64,000 nucleotides of DNA, from the NCBI GenBank assembly GCA_963845065.1, contig CAWJQQ010000001.1:1152001-1216000 (forward strand). Reading direction: 5' to 3'. Made by a program: the position numbers and the translations under genes. The stretch comes from Nitrospirota bacterium. Lineage in GTDB: Bacteria; Nitrospirota; UBA9217. Below the pieces are notes generated by a model that saw nothing but the letters and a program-made list of their open reading frames with translations, had not been told where the DNA came from and did not search any database. Shown here one piece after another: positions 1 to 10,233 of this stretch (within the stretch, counting starts at the first letter, position 1; each line of letters starts with the position of its first letter).

Positions 1-1
1 T

Positions 2-676
2 ACCGAGGCCGTTGAGAAACGGCATGTGTCGCAGTTGTTTACGCAGTATGTTTCTAAGGATATTTTAAACGAAGTGCTGAACAATTATAAGGAATATATA
101 AAGTCGAGCGCGGGCCAGAAAGTAGAGTTGACCGTTCTCTTCTCCGACATCCGGGGATTCACGACCATGTCCGAGACCACCCCACCTGAAAAGATTGTGG
201 AAATGCTGAATATTCATTTTTCCGTCATGGCCGATATCATTCTGAAGCACAACGGAACTATTGACAAATACATCGGCGACGCGATCATGGCTTTCTGGGG
301 CGCACCAGTCAAGAGAGATGATCATGCGGAGCAGTCCGTACTTGCGGCCCAAGAAATGCTCGAAGGGCTCAAGGAGGTCAATAAAACCCTTAAGGACCGG
401 GGCTTCAGCTTGGAGGTGAAGATCGGCATTGGCATTAATACCGGGGTAGCCACGATCGGAGAAATCGGTTCGGAGAAGAAGAAAAACTATACCATCGTGG
501 GAGACACTGTCAATCTGGCATCGCGGCTCGAGAGCATCACCAAAGAATACAAAACCCCTTTGATCTTTTCCGAATATACTTATGAAAAGATCAAAAATCG
601 GATTAACGGCAAGCTGCTCGGCAATGTGAAGGTCAAGGGGAGAGGGCAGCCCGTTGACATTTATACGATTGAATAA
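2..676 (+). CDS. Class III adenylate/guanylate cyclase, C-terminal part (5' end outside window)
   Basis: Motifs LFSDIRGFT, DKYIGDAIMAFWGAP, YTIVGDTVNLASRLE, VKVKGR; frame open to the window start. FWGAP type is typical of CHASE2 cyclases (the CHASE2 domain is not visible here). Confidence 0.92.
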   Translation, partial: TEAVEKRHVSQLFTQYVSKDILNEVLNNYKEYIKSSAGQKVELTVLFSDIRGFTTMSETTPPEKIVEMLNIHFSVMADIILKHNGTIDKYIGDAIMAFWGAPVKRDDHAEQSVLAAQEMLEGLKEVNKTLKDRGFSLEVKIGIGINTGVATIGEIGSEKKKNYTIVGDTVNLASRLESITKEYKTPLIFSEYTYEKIKNRINGKLLGNVKVKGRGQPVDIYTIE

Positions 677-818
677 GGAAATGGGTTTCAAAAAATGATA
701 AAATAGAAATTAGAGGTTCAGAACACGGAAGAGTGACTGTCGGACTAAGCTTGTAAGAAATAAACCGTTGGTTGAGGGCGTGGGCATGTGTACACATGAA
801 GTTAACAGGAGGTGTGCT

Positions 819-1307
819 ATGAAAAGAATACTTGTGCCAGTTCTCTTTCTCATGGCTTTTATGATCCTTACATCATCGGTCCATGCCCAGAATGCGTATT
901 ATGTTCAGAGCGTAAAAGCAAAAGTGATGTCCGCAACGTCTTTTAAATCGCCGTTGATGGGAGAGGTAGGAAAAGGATATAAATTTATCTCCTCGGGCAA
1001 GGTGGGCACCTGGATCAAGGTGAAATATAAGAACAAAACCGGCTACGTGTACTACATTCTGCTCGCCACGCACCCGCCCTTTGACAAAATAGCTATCATC
1101 AAAGCCAACGAAGAAGACATCAACCAGGGTGTCCGCAGGCGTGCATCATCATTCACAAGCGCAGCCGCAGCTCGCGGTCTTGCATCAGACGATCGGCGAA
1201 GGCTCAGTAATGAGGAAAGAGCAGACTACGATTTACTTGAGTACATGGAATCTTTCAGAGTCACCGCTGACGAACTCAATAGGTTCATGGAGGGAAAGAC
1301 GCCATGA
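819..1307 (+). CDS. Secreted SH3-like domain protein
   Basis: AGGAGG RBS before ATG 819; signal peptide ending VHA; GTWIKVKYKNKTGYV resembles bacterial SH3b; overlaps the next gene (ATGA). Confidence 0.65.
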   Translation: MKRILVPVLFLMAFMILTSSVHAQNAYYVQSVKAKVMSATSFKSPLMGEVGKGYKFISSGKVGTWIKVKYKNKTGYVYYILLATHPPFDKIAIIKANEEDINQGVRRRASSFTSAAAARGLASDDRRRLSNEERADYDLLEYMESFRVTADELNRFMEGKTP

Positions 1308-2152
1308 AAAAATGGATCATCTTACTGTCAGCACTTGTGGTCGCAAGCAGTTTAACATCCCCTCTCTCACTTTCCGCGGATGAATCTGAGGCGAATTTCA
1401 GACAGAGGGCATCAGCTAGTGACGAGATCAACATTTCGGATATTACAGAAGAAGTTCGGTTCGGGCGGGAAGTCGCGGCGCGGATTATCGCACGATTTGG
1501 GCTGTATGATAACCCAGAGCTCATGAAGTATGTAACTCTAGTTGGGAATGTGCTGGCCATGAACGCGGGCAGGCCGGAACTTGAATTCCATTTTGCCATA
1601 TTGGATACCGACGATATTAACGGGTATTCGGCACCCGGCGGGTATATCTTTGTTACGCGTGGCGCGCTTGCAAATATGCAGGACGAATCAGAACTTGCCG
1701 GTGTGCTTGCACATGAGATGGGCCATGTGGTAGAAAAACATGTTGTCAAAGAGCTGAACATCAAGGGACAGAGCATGTCATCAGTGTCCAGTCTTGCAAT
1801 GCTTATCGGCGGAAACTCCGAATCGGCGCGCTTGGCGTTTTCTCAATCAGTGGATAAGGCAATGGATGTGCTGTTTAAGAATGGACTAAAACGTGGGGAT
1901 GAAATTCAGGCGGATAGGGATGCTGTCTTGTTTTGCGCTTTTTCTGGATATGATCCGACCGGCTTGCCGCGGTTTTTTGAACGAATAAATAAGATAAAAG
2001 GAAACGAAACAGCAATAATAGACAAAACCCATCCACCTTTTAACGACCGGATCGCGTGGCTTAACGGGATGATAAAAGAAGAGGGGATCGATTCGGGCAA
2101 CTATAAAACCGACAAGGATAGATTCGTAGAATATATCAAGCTACTGAAATAG
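1304..2152 (+). CDS. Secreted M48 family zinc metallopeptidase
   Basis: Signal peptide, INGYSAPGGYIFVTRG, LAHEMGH (HExxH), EIQAD, THPP. Confidence 0.9.
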   Translation: MKKWIILLSALVVASSLTSPLSLSADESEANFRQRASASDEINISDITEEVRFGREVAARIIARFGLYDNPELMKYVTLVGNVLAMNAGRPELEFHFAILDTDDINGYSAPGGYIFVTRGALANMQDESELAGVLAHEMGHVVEKHVVKELNIKGQSMSSVSSLAMLIGGNSESARLAFSQSVDKAMDVLFKNGLKRGDEIQADRDAVLFCAFSGYDPTGLPRFFERINKIKGNETAIIDKTHPPFNDRIAWLNGMIKEEGIDSGNYKTDKDRFVEYIKLLK

Positions 2153-2161
2153 GAGGAAGCT

Positions 2162-2214
2162 TTACATATCAGCGCAGGAAAACCCCACATGCTTTAACAT
2201 TGGGAGCACGTCAA
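2162..2214 (+). repeat. 53-nt single-hairpin IS200/IS605-type mini-element, copy A
   Basis: TTAC-ATATCAGCGCAGGA-AAAC-CCCACATGCTTTAACATTGGGAG-CACG-TCAA; same length and layout as copies at 15447 and 40461. Confidence 0.7.
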
Positions 2215-2393
2215 ATAAGAACCACATGCATTACGTTTCCCTAATATCGCACAGCGACTGCCAAATCAAAATATTCAAACGGTTTCCAAATAGGCCGCTT
2301 ATTTATTGTCTGTGAATGTGATATTTTCAACATTGCACTTTGAGGGGACTATACTATTCTTCCAAATAAATAATAGACAACAGGAGGCTAGAA

Positions 2394-3716
2394 ATGAATA
2401 AAAATTTTATTTTAATAGCAATCCTCTCAGCCATGATTTCCTGCATGGCGGCCACTGCCGCTGCAGATGAATTACATTACACTAACCTTCTAATAGGCGA
2501 CCGCGCTTCGGGCATGGGAGGCGCGTATACCGCCGTCTCCGATGACGCGACCGGCCTCTACTACAACCCCGCCGGTATTGCCTATGCTGTCGGCAGGAAC
2601 TTTTCCGCCAGTGTCAATGCCTTTTATGACAATGTGAAAACGTACAAAAATGTGCTCAGCAACGGAAACGGCTATACGAGGAAATCATCGTCTCTCCTGC
2701 CGAATTACTTCGGGGTGGTGCAGCCTTTAGGGAGATTTAAAGTCGGCCTTTCTTATGCAGTGCCCGACTCTATCACGGAGGACCAACAGCAGACGGTCTC
2801 GAACTTCCCACTCAATCCGTCCATTCAGCCATTTAATCCGGGTGCAAACATATCATCGTATACTGTTAATTACAAAAACGAGTACAATGTATATAACTTT
2901 GGTCCCTCAATAGCAACGGAACTGACAGATAATTTCTCTGCAGGGCTCACGCTCTATTATTATCAAAAAACTCAGAGCTATATGTTGAACCAGCTTACTC
3001 TCACATCGAACGGTGGATATGAATTGATTGATCAGTATTACCATACCAATGAATGGGGTGTTCGGCCTATTCTTGGTTTTATGTGGTCGCCAATGAATGC
3101 CGTGTCAATCGGGCTGGCATTTTCGAAGATATTTATCGAAGGCTCTAATACGAACTTCATGAACACTTACGTACGCAACAACATCGCCATCGACAATAAC
3201 CCAGAGGACACTAACCTGACAATCTTACCCAACGGCACGTCCGGCTCTAATGCGAAGAGGGAATACCCGACCCAGATCAGCCTAGGCGCAGCCTGGTTCC
3301 CAACGGCAAGTCTTCTCGTCTCTGGCGATATTAAATATTTTACTAAGGTCAATGAACAGGACTTTGTGGTAAATGGCCAATCATATGTTTTACGTCAGTA
3401 TGCAGAGCCTGTTACGAATTATGCCCTCGGAACAGAATATTATTTCACCAAAAACTGGGCCATAAGGGCGGGTGTCTATACGGACAAGTCAAATGCAGCG
3501 AATGTTGAAATGGGCGGCATGAATCAGCCTGAGCATGTTGACCTTTACGGCGGTACATTGAGCATCAGCAGCTTTTCGCGCAATACTTCGGTGACGCTTG
3601 GTGGCGGAATAACCGACGGCACAGGAAAGGCGCAGATCCTTAACAATAGCACGAATATTCAGGATACTGTTTCCAAAAGCTGGACGCTATTCCTTTCTTC
3701 AACATACTCTTATTAA
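2394..3716 (+). CDS. OmpP1/FadL/TodX-like outer-membrane beta-barrel
   Basis: AGGAGG RBS, signal peptide, GDRASGMGGAYTAVSDDATGLYYNPAG plug motif, amphipathic strands, terminal aromatic residue (TYSY). Confidence 0.8.
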   Translation: MNKNFILIAILSAMISCMAATAAADELHYTNLLIGDRASGMGGAYTAVSDDATGLYYNPAGIAYAVGRNFSASVNAFYDNVKTYKNVLSNGNGYTRKSSSLLPNYFGVVQPLGRFKVGLSYAVPDSITEDQQQTVSNFPLNPSIQPFNPGANISSYTVNYKNEYNVYNFGPSIATELTDNFSAGLTLYYYQKTQSYMLNQLTLTSNGGYELIDQYYHTNEWGVRPILGFMWSPMNAVSIGLAFSKIFIEGSNTNFMNTYVRNNIAIDNNPEDTNLTILPNGTSGSNAKREYPTQISLGAAWFPTASLLVSGDIKYFTKVNEQDFVVNGQSYVLRQYAEPVTNYALGTEYYFTKNWAIRAGVYTDKSNAANVEMGGMNQPEHVDLYGGTLSISSFSRNTSVTLGGGITDGTGKAQILNNSTNIQDTVSKSWTLFLSSTYSY

Positions 3717-4291
3717 TCGGTCCAAAGACATTTTAACCTGAATCCGGTACATTAAATAACTGAAATGTTGGTTTAAGCAGCACAAATTTTGTTTTTATTG
3801 CTAAAGGGCATCGGATTGTAACCTAATTTTTAAATAGATTACATTCGGTCGGCCCTTTAACTGAATTTACAGTGGTTTTTGTTGACGATATTGATGCTCG
3901 ATTTTATTGTTCACGCCGGATTCAGGTTCAATACTATCTTGCCCGCTTTTTTTGGGAAAAAGGTGGGTATGACAACCTTCGAAATATATACCCACAAAAT
4001 ACCCGTTGAAGCCATTAAGTTGTCCATCAAAATGTTTTATGGGGTGACTCGAAGACAGGTAAGCCACCATTATTCTGCAAGTTACGTTAGTATTTGAATG
4101 GCGTGCGGCAAGAATTAGCCCAACAAAAAGGATGCCAGATCATATCTGGGCACATCGCGAAGGATCATATACACATGTGCATAGATATTCAGCTAAAGTT
4201 TGCTGTGTCAGAGACGATAGGGTACTTAAAGGGTTGATAACTGTTCTCTATTAAGTGGCATATTGTAGAATAATATGCTATAATAGTATTC

Positions 4292-4861
4292 ATGAAATTA
4301 AGCGTATGGGCCAAACAGCAGGGAATTACCCATAAAGCGGCATGGAACTGGTGGAAGGCAGGCAAACTGCCGGTTGAAGCGGAACAGATGCCGTCTGGCA
4401 CTATCATCATCAAAGAGCAAAAGGCAACTGCAACAGGGAACGCAGCTCTTTATGCCAGAGTATCAAGCCATGACCAGAAAAAGGACCTGGATGTGCAAAT
4501 CGGACGGCTGTCACAGTTTGCCGCATCGCAGAAATTGGCGGTTACCATGGCCGTTACGGAAGTCGGTTCTGGCCTGAACGGGCACAGGCCGAAACTCATG
4601 AAGCTTTTGGCAGATTCGACGGTAAGTATTATCGTTGTCGAACATCGCGATCGGCTGATGAGGTTCGGATCTGAATATGTTGAGTCATCGCTTCGCGCTC
4701 AGGACAGAAAGCTCATCATTATGGACCAGACGGAGCTTAAAGACGATCTTGTGCAGGATATGATAGAGGTGTTGACGTCATTTTGCGCAAGACTGTATGG
4801 ACGGAGGTCCGCAGCTAATAAAGCAAAAAAGGCGATTGAGGCTATGAATGATGGCAAGTAG
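4292..4861 (+). CDS. tnpA: IS607-family serine transposase
   Basis: N-terminal MerR-like HTH (MKLSVWAKQQGI), YARVSSHDQKKDL, EVGSGLN, VVEHRDRLMRFG, FCARLYGRRS. Confidence 0.95.
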   Translation: MKLSVWAKQQGITHKAAWNWWKAGKLPVEAEQMPSGTIIIKEQKATATGNAALYARVSSHDQKKDLDVQIGRLSQFAASQKLAVTMAVTEVGSGLNGHRPKLMKLLADSTVSIIVVEHRDRLMRFGSEYVESSLRAQDRKLIIMDQTELKDDLVQDMIEVLTSFCARLYGRRSAANKAKKAIEAMNDGK

Positions 4862-6545
4862 CAAAAACTTCTCAAAAAGCAGGAAAGGCGGCAACGGGCA
4901 GGGCAGCGATGTCCTTTCTTTTACCGCCTGTACTTTATTACAGAATAGAGTCCTCGCGGGTGCTTTCATTTCATTGTATGGCGTTCTCGATGAAATCGGC
5001 AGCATGTATGGGCACATCAAGAGGTCTTTGTTCAAGGACTTCATGGCTACCGGCAAAAAACCCCTGTCATTCAAAAACGCATATTTGCTGAGATTCGGGA
5101 TCACCGCGCGGCAATTCAATGCAATCAGATATGACCTTGACGGCAATATAAGCTCCGCTGTGGAAGTCCTGAAGAAACGCATAGAGGATACAAGAAACAG
5201 CGTAAAATCCGTCAAAGAATGGATAGAGGGCAGGGAATCAAAGATTGGCCGCCTGAAAAAAGGCGTGGATTTACCCAAGCCTGTGCGTGACCAGCAGATA
5301 CATGATATCCGCTACGCCCTCCACCAGAAGAGGAGAAAGCTTCATGCGCTCGAGCTTAAACTGGAGGCGCTTACCGATGATTTGAAGTGCAATCGGGTCC
5401 GGATATGCTTTGGGTCAAAATCACTGTTCCGAAAGCAGTTTACCATTTATGAGAACGGCTATATCGGGCATGATGAATAGAGGGCGGACTGGAAGAAGGC
5501 GCGTGGGTCCCAGTCCTTTTGCCTCGGATCGAAAGATGAGCGCACCGGCAACCAGTCATGCACGCTGTCCATGGACGGGACGCTCCGGATCCGCATTCCG
5601 AACCGCCTCTGTGCCAGATATGGGAAATATGCCGTAGTTGCCGAAATTAAATATCCATACGGGCAAGACGTTGTTGAACAGGCGCTCTCCAGCGGGCAGG
5701 CACTTACGCATCGCTTTGTCCGGAATGAAAAGGGATGGTACCTGCATACATCGGTTGAAATCAAGAAGCCTGAGCAGGTCACCTTTGAACCACGGTCAAT
5801 AGGATGTATTGGTGTTGATGTCAACGAGAACGAGATCGCTATTTCCGAGTCAGACCGGTTCGGGAACCTTGTAGGGAGCACCTCGTACCCGGCATGCGTA
5901 AAAGACAGGACTTCTGACCAGACGGAGGCTGTTTACGGTGACATCTGTAAAGAGATCGTTGCCAGAGCCACATCTACCGGCAAGCCGATCAGCCATGAAA
6001 CGCTTGATTTCAGCAAAAAGAAGGCATCGTTAAAACAACAAGGAGTGACGTATTCCAGGATGCTTTCCGGGTTTGCTTATTCATCGTTTCTTACCATGCT
6101 CGATCGACGCGCGTTTAAAGCAGGCGTTACGGTATTCTCCGTAAACCCGGCATTTACGTCCGTTATTGGAATGGCAAATTATATGTCTCGCTACGGGATC
6201 ACGAAGCATGAAGCGGCAGCGCTTATCATCGCGAGACGTGCACAAAGATATTCCGAGTCGCCTGCGGCGGCCAGAACCGCCTCTCCCCTACCTGTAAGGA
6301 ATCGGGAAGAGCACGTCTGGAAATACAGGCGCAGGTCAAAGGAAAGCGGGGTTCGTGCCTGTACAGACGGACTCTCCTCCAGAAGGCGGCCCTTACAGGG
6401 CTCCACAGGCAGCGCTGAATCCCAACATGGATCGTTGCGTGAAATGACAGTGCTCACCTCCTGGCCACCTGCCGATGATTTTTGTTCACTCGATATCGGG
6501 AAGGCGTCAGGTGTGTTGCCGAGTAGTAAAAAGGCGCTTGTGTGA
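4848..6545 (+). pseudogene. tnpB: IS607-associated TnpB split by one in-frame TAG at 5478-5480
   Basis: ORFs 4848-5480 and 5571-6545 share a frame; read-through gives HDE*RADWKKARGSQSFCLGSKDE; RuvC-like IGVDVN, HETLDF, VNPAFTS. Confidence 0.85.
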
Positions 6546-7010
6546 ATCAGGGCGAGAATCCCTGACGTTAACCGGCAGCAGCACTGTTCGGCTGCCGTTA
6601 TGGCAATTACGGATAAAAAGCCATATTCCAGGAACGGTAAGAGTGCGATAGCCGTGGCTGGACAGTTTGGAGGGAAACAACGCAATTTCAGCGGAGAGAA
6701 CCTCGGGGCGCACGGGCTATGCCGTGTCAACAGTAGAATTTGAGCTTGAGACGAGTAAAAAGTAAATCGCTGAACAAGTAAAGGGTAACTGCAATTGCGA
6801 TGATGGGAAATTCTAGCTCAAAGTGTAACGACCATTTTCAGAAACCTGACGGGCCATCAAAGCTTCCCTCTCTGAAATAAAGCTTAACACTTTTCCTTCG
6901 GTGTTTATCAAACCACCGACTTCACCGCGGCAAGACTACAAGCGCAGGCCGTAGACTATAGCCATGATCGCCCTAAATGTGCATGCAAATTGTATGCAGA
7001 GGTATTTGTC

Positions 7011-9224
7011 TTGAAAAAATTAGTACTTTATCTGATCTCATTTTTATTATTTACTCCCCAAATCTTCGCTGCACCTGCACTGAATAAATCTCTTGCCGAG
7101 CCACCGGAACATCCCGGGAAAACATTACAACAGAGATTTGCTTCGAGTTTGCATGCCGGCAGGGTGCTTGCTCCAGCCTCTTATGCGACACCGCAGTCGG
7201 TAAGAGTTCTTTTTCTACGCGTGGAGTTTCAGCCGAACCAGGACCCAGCGTCTGCTGGAAGTGGGTTGTGGCTTGACCCTCTTTATTCAATGGGCACAGG
7301 CACACCTGCAGATGCTAACAGTCTCAGTGACCCATCAAATTTTTGGGTAAACAGGGACAAAACCAAGTTTGTTGATTATTATGGAGAAGTTTCTTATGGT
7401 CTCTTGAACATAGCGGTTGATATTACACAAAACGTCTATCAGCTCCCCCATGTGATGGCTTATTACTCAGGCTCAACGAACCAATCACTCCAAAATTTAA
7501 TCTACGACAGCATTGTCACTGCATTAAGCGACACGAATCCGGCGACTAAGCCTGACTTTGGCCTCTATGATGCCGTTCTCATTGAGCATGCGGGCGACGG
7601 TGAGGAGTCGGACATAACAGGAACATATATTCATGATATCTGGTCCCTCTATTATGCAAATCCTGTTGAAGATAAAGCAGGACAGATAACAGGATGCATA
7701 TCGCAAAACGCATCAAATACGAACTGTCTTAGTGTGACGCTTAAAGACGGATATCTTATGCATGAGGCCATCATCATGCCTCAGACCGATTCAAGGACTG
7801 TGCCCTCCCCTGGTATCATTGTCGACCCACTTGGCGTCTATGTGCACGAGTTCGGCCACTGGATCGGCCTTCCTGATCTGTATTGCACGGCTCTGGTATG
7901 TTTACTTGACGGGGCAGGGAAGTGGAGCCTTATGGCGGACGGCGTATATAATTATAATCCGAACGATTCCTCGACTCAAACCACTGTATTATCAGCACCG
8001 ACAAATACCACGCTGTACTGGTATGGCAGTTCCCCATCACATCTGGATGCATGGAGTTTAATGTACCTTGGATGGGTCAATCCTCAAATAATAACAACGT
8101 ATTTGTCCGGCATGACATTAAACACCATAGAGTCCGTGCCGCCGCCGGCTTTCGCTTCCGCAGGTACGAACATACTCAAAGCTCAGGCGTCAACTACCAC
8201 GACCAGCCAGTATTTCCTAATCGAGAACAGACAACAGATCGGGTATGATGCGGGCCTTCCAGGCCATGGGCTCCTGGTCTGGCTCGTTGATCAGGACGTA
8301 ATTGATGCAAATTTCCCTTCCAACTCCATTAATACCAACCCCGAGCGCCCGGGGTTGAAACTTATCCAAGCTGATGGCACTTGGTCACTTTTACAACCCC
8401 CGGGCGCACCAGGATCAAATACAGGGACCGCTGGCGATCCATTCCCAGGCTTAAAAAACAATAACGTTCTCACTCCTGTGACCAATCCTTCGTCTATCCC
8501 ATATACGAATTACGGTTGGGTCAATATAAGAAATATTGTTGAAGTACCGGTATCAAATATAACTGCTACTATGGTTAGTTTTGATATCGGTTTCGGGCCG
8601 AATCCGCCAGCAGATCCGAATATATTGAATGAAAATACGCTGACATGGCAGCCGAGTGCCGGGGCGGTCTCTTACAACATTTATAAGAACGGCTCCTCCA
8701 TACCGATAAATACTGTCCAATCCAATAACTCGGCCGATCTTAGCTATACGGACATTGCAATGCGGCCATCCGACACCTATGCAATAACGGCGATTGATGT
8801 GAACGGAAACGAGTCTCAGCCCGTGACTGATTCATCGCCTGCGGTTTTCGGTTCGGACGCCAGCGGCAACCAGCAATATTGTTTCATTGCAACAGCAGCG
8901 TACGGTTCCTATCTTAACCCACATGTGGAAGTACTTCGGAATTTCCGAGACCGCTATCTCTTAACAAACGCTCTAGGTCGAGAATTCGTCTCGTTCTATT
9001 ACTTCGTTTCGCCACCGCTTGCCGGTTATATCAGCAGGCATGAATATTTAAAGACCTTAACGCGATGGATGCTTTCGCCGGTCGTATTGATCGTACAGTA
9101 TCCGATTTTGTTATTTCTAACTTCGGTCATCGTGATTATGCTGATTATATTTACGGCAAAAAGAGTGAAGGCAGGACGAACACTATCATCACAGGTTTCC
9201 AAAATGAATAATATTGGCAAATAG
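7011..9224 (+). CDS. M6 (immune inhibitor A-like) metalloprotease with C-terminal CFI-box sorting domain
   Basis: TTG start after GAGGT; signal peptide; [36 protein letters not shown]; Fn3-like segment; [10 protein letters not shown]...LRNFRDRYL plus TM helix. Confidence 0.9.
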   Translation: MKKLVLYLISFLLFTPQIFAAPALNKSLAEPPEHPGKTLQQRFASSLHAGRVLAPASYATPQSVRVLFLRVEFQPNQDPASAGSGLWLDPLYSMGTGTPADANSLSDPSNFWVNRDKTKFVDYYGEVSYGLLNIAVDITQNVYQLPHVMAYYSGSTNQSLQNLIYDSIVTALSDTNPATKPDFGLYDAVLIEHAGDGEESDITGTYIHDIWSLYYANPVEDKAGQITGCISQNASNTNCLSVTLKDGYLMHEAIIMPQTDSRTVPSPGIIVDPLGVYVHEFGHWIGLPDLYCTALVCLLDGAGKWSLMADGVYNYNPNDSSTQTTVLSAPTNTTLYWYGSSPSHLDAWSLMYLGWVNPQIITTYLSGMTLNTIESVPPPAFASAGTNILKAQASTTTTSQYFLIENRQQIGYDAGLPGHGLLVWLVDQDVIDANFPSNSINTNPERPGLKLIQADGTWSLLQPPGAPGSNTGTAGDPFPGLKNNNVLTPVTNPSSIPYTNYGWVNIRNIVEVPVSNITATMVSFDIGFGPNPPADPNILNENTLTWQPSAGAVSYNIYKNGSSIPINTVQSNNSADLSYTDIAMRPSDTYAITAIDVNGNESQPVTDSSPAVFGSDASGNQQYCFIATAAYGSYLNPHVEVLRNFRDRYLLTNALGREFVSFYYFVSPPLAGYISRHEYLKTLTRWMLSPVVLIVQYPILLFLTSVIVIMLIIFTAKRVKAGRTLSSQVSKMNNIGK

Positions 9225-9754
9225 TGACATGATTCAAATTAAGCTATGAGATAGCGTTGCTTGGTTTTTTACATTATACTTTTATAATTTCTGTCGTGTT
9301 GTCCCTATGGGACAACGATAGAATAATTGGAAGTACTTTAACCTTAGCAATTCTATTTGATATTAACTGGCAGAGTGATTTCAGTACCATATCTGGCTTT
9401 TTAATATTTCACGGAGGTTATGCTCCGAAGTTTTATTATGGGGAAGCTTTCGGTTAGTGCTACAAGGGAGCGCTAGGCATTCCCTTGGATGTCGCGGGAC
9501 TCAGAGCCTCACAAGTGAAAACAAGCTAAGCGATTTAATTGCATGAAGTTATAGTTTTCTTCATTTGCTCGTGCCAATTAAGATTAATGGCATTTACAAA
9601 TAAACAGTAGCAGGCATGTAAGACTGTCAATATACAATGGTTGCCATCAGTGGTTCGGTGACAGGTTTGATGAACGTAAATGAGTACAATAATAGGCTAT
9701 GATGTTAAGCGCTTTGCGGTTCGTAAAATATTTTAATGTTTTTTTTTGGCCAGC

Positions 9755-9783
9755 TTGACATTGGTGGAAATTGGTTATAAACT
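9755..9783 (+). promoter_or_regulatory. Candidate sigma70 promoter for the lipoprotein gene
   Basis: TTGACA-17 nt-TAAACT in an AT-rich context. Confidence 0.45.
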
Positions 9784-9952
9784 TTTCACATATAAACCAT
9801 TTTTCTAAAATATACGCATACAGAATGTCTGTTACTTGCCATGAGGCTGAATGCCTCCTGGACAAAGGGGTTGCAAGGGGAAGGAGGGACCCTTATTCAC
9901 CCAGACCAGAGGAGTAGGTGTGGCAAACACTTCATTTTCATGATGTGGTTAC

Positions 9953-10112
9953 ACCCGTGCGTCGTGAAGCGGGATTCTTGTCTCGCGCCCAATCTCAAGC
10001 TTTGCAAAAAGAATAAGCAATATGCACATTAGGTATTCCAACGCAGGTGGCGAATCATACCTTAACTCATATAAAGCAGTATGCCCAGTGTCTTGAAGCG
10101 GGGTTCTTGACT
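9953..10112 (+). repeat. Two degenerate REP-like palindromic direct repeats
   Basis: GTCGTGAAGCGGGATTCTTGTCT (9961) vs GTCTTGAAGCGGGGTTCTTGACT (10090), 20/23 identical; each preceded by CCC that can pair with its GGG. Confidence 0.5.
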
Positions 10113-10233
10113 TTTATGTCATTGCATTTTAGACGGAGTTAAACGAACGTCGCTAAATAAGAGAGTAGTACGTTTTTTTATACCTGCGGTGTGGCTCATT
10201 ACCATATACAACCAATCCATTAAGGAGGTGTTT

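Larger units (their letters stand above)
4232..6637 (+). mobile_element. IS607-family insertion sequence (~2.4 kb)
   Basis: Serine tnpA plus tnpB; GG at both junctions (4232-4233, 6636-6637); removing the element restores TAC TTA AAG GGT AAG AGT (YLKGKS) of the host tnpA. Confidence 0.88.
4079..6816 (+). pseudogene. tnpA: IS200-family Y1 transposase pseudogene interrupted by an IS607 element
   Basis: 4079-4234 reads KLR*YLNGVRQELAQQKGCQIISGHIAKDHIHMCIDIQLKFAVSETIGYLKG (HUH motif HIH). It resumes at 6639 as KSAIAVAGQFGGKQRNFSGENLGAH, then after a frameshift GYAVSTVEFELETSKK*IAEQ..DDGKF*; the catalytic Tyr position is a TAA at 6763. Confidence 0.85.

Noticed and set aside
3867..4097. Short overlapping ORFs on both strands before the IS200 relic
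   Set aside because: No motif or RBS; may be decayed sequence.
5478..5480. Pyrrolysine or recoded TAG in tnpB
   Set aside because: TAG is a normal stop elsewhere in the window (M48 gene, alr, galU), and Trp is the likely ancestral codon.
9460..9520. CAAGGGA/TCCCTTG hairpin as an IscB omegaRNA relic
   Set aside because: Resemblance too short and no iscB fragment nearby.
9915..10010. c-di-GMP-I, SAM-I or c-di-AMP riboswitch (GGCAAAC, GGAGGGAC, GCTGAAT fragments)
   Set aside because: Only isolated short matches; other required motifs such as the GAAA loop and GACGCAAA are absent.
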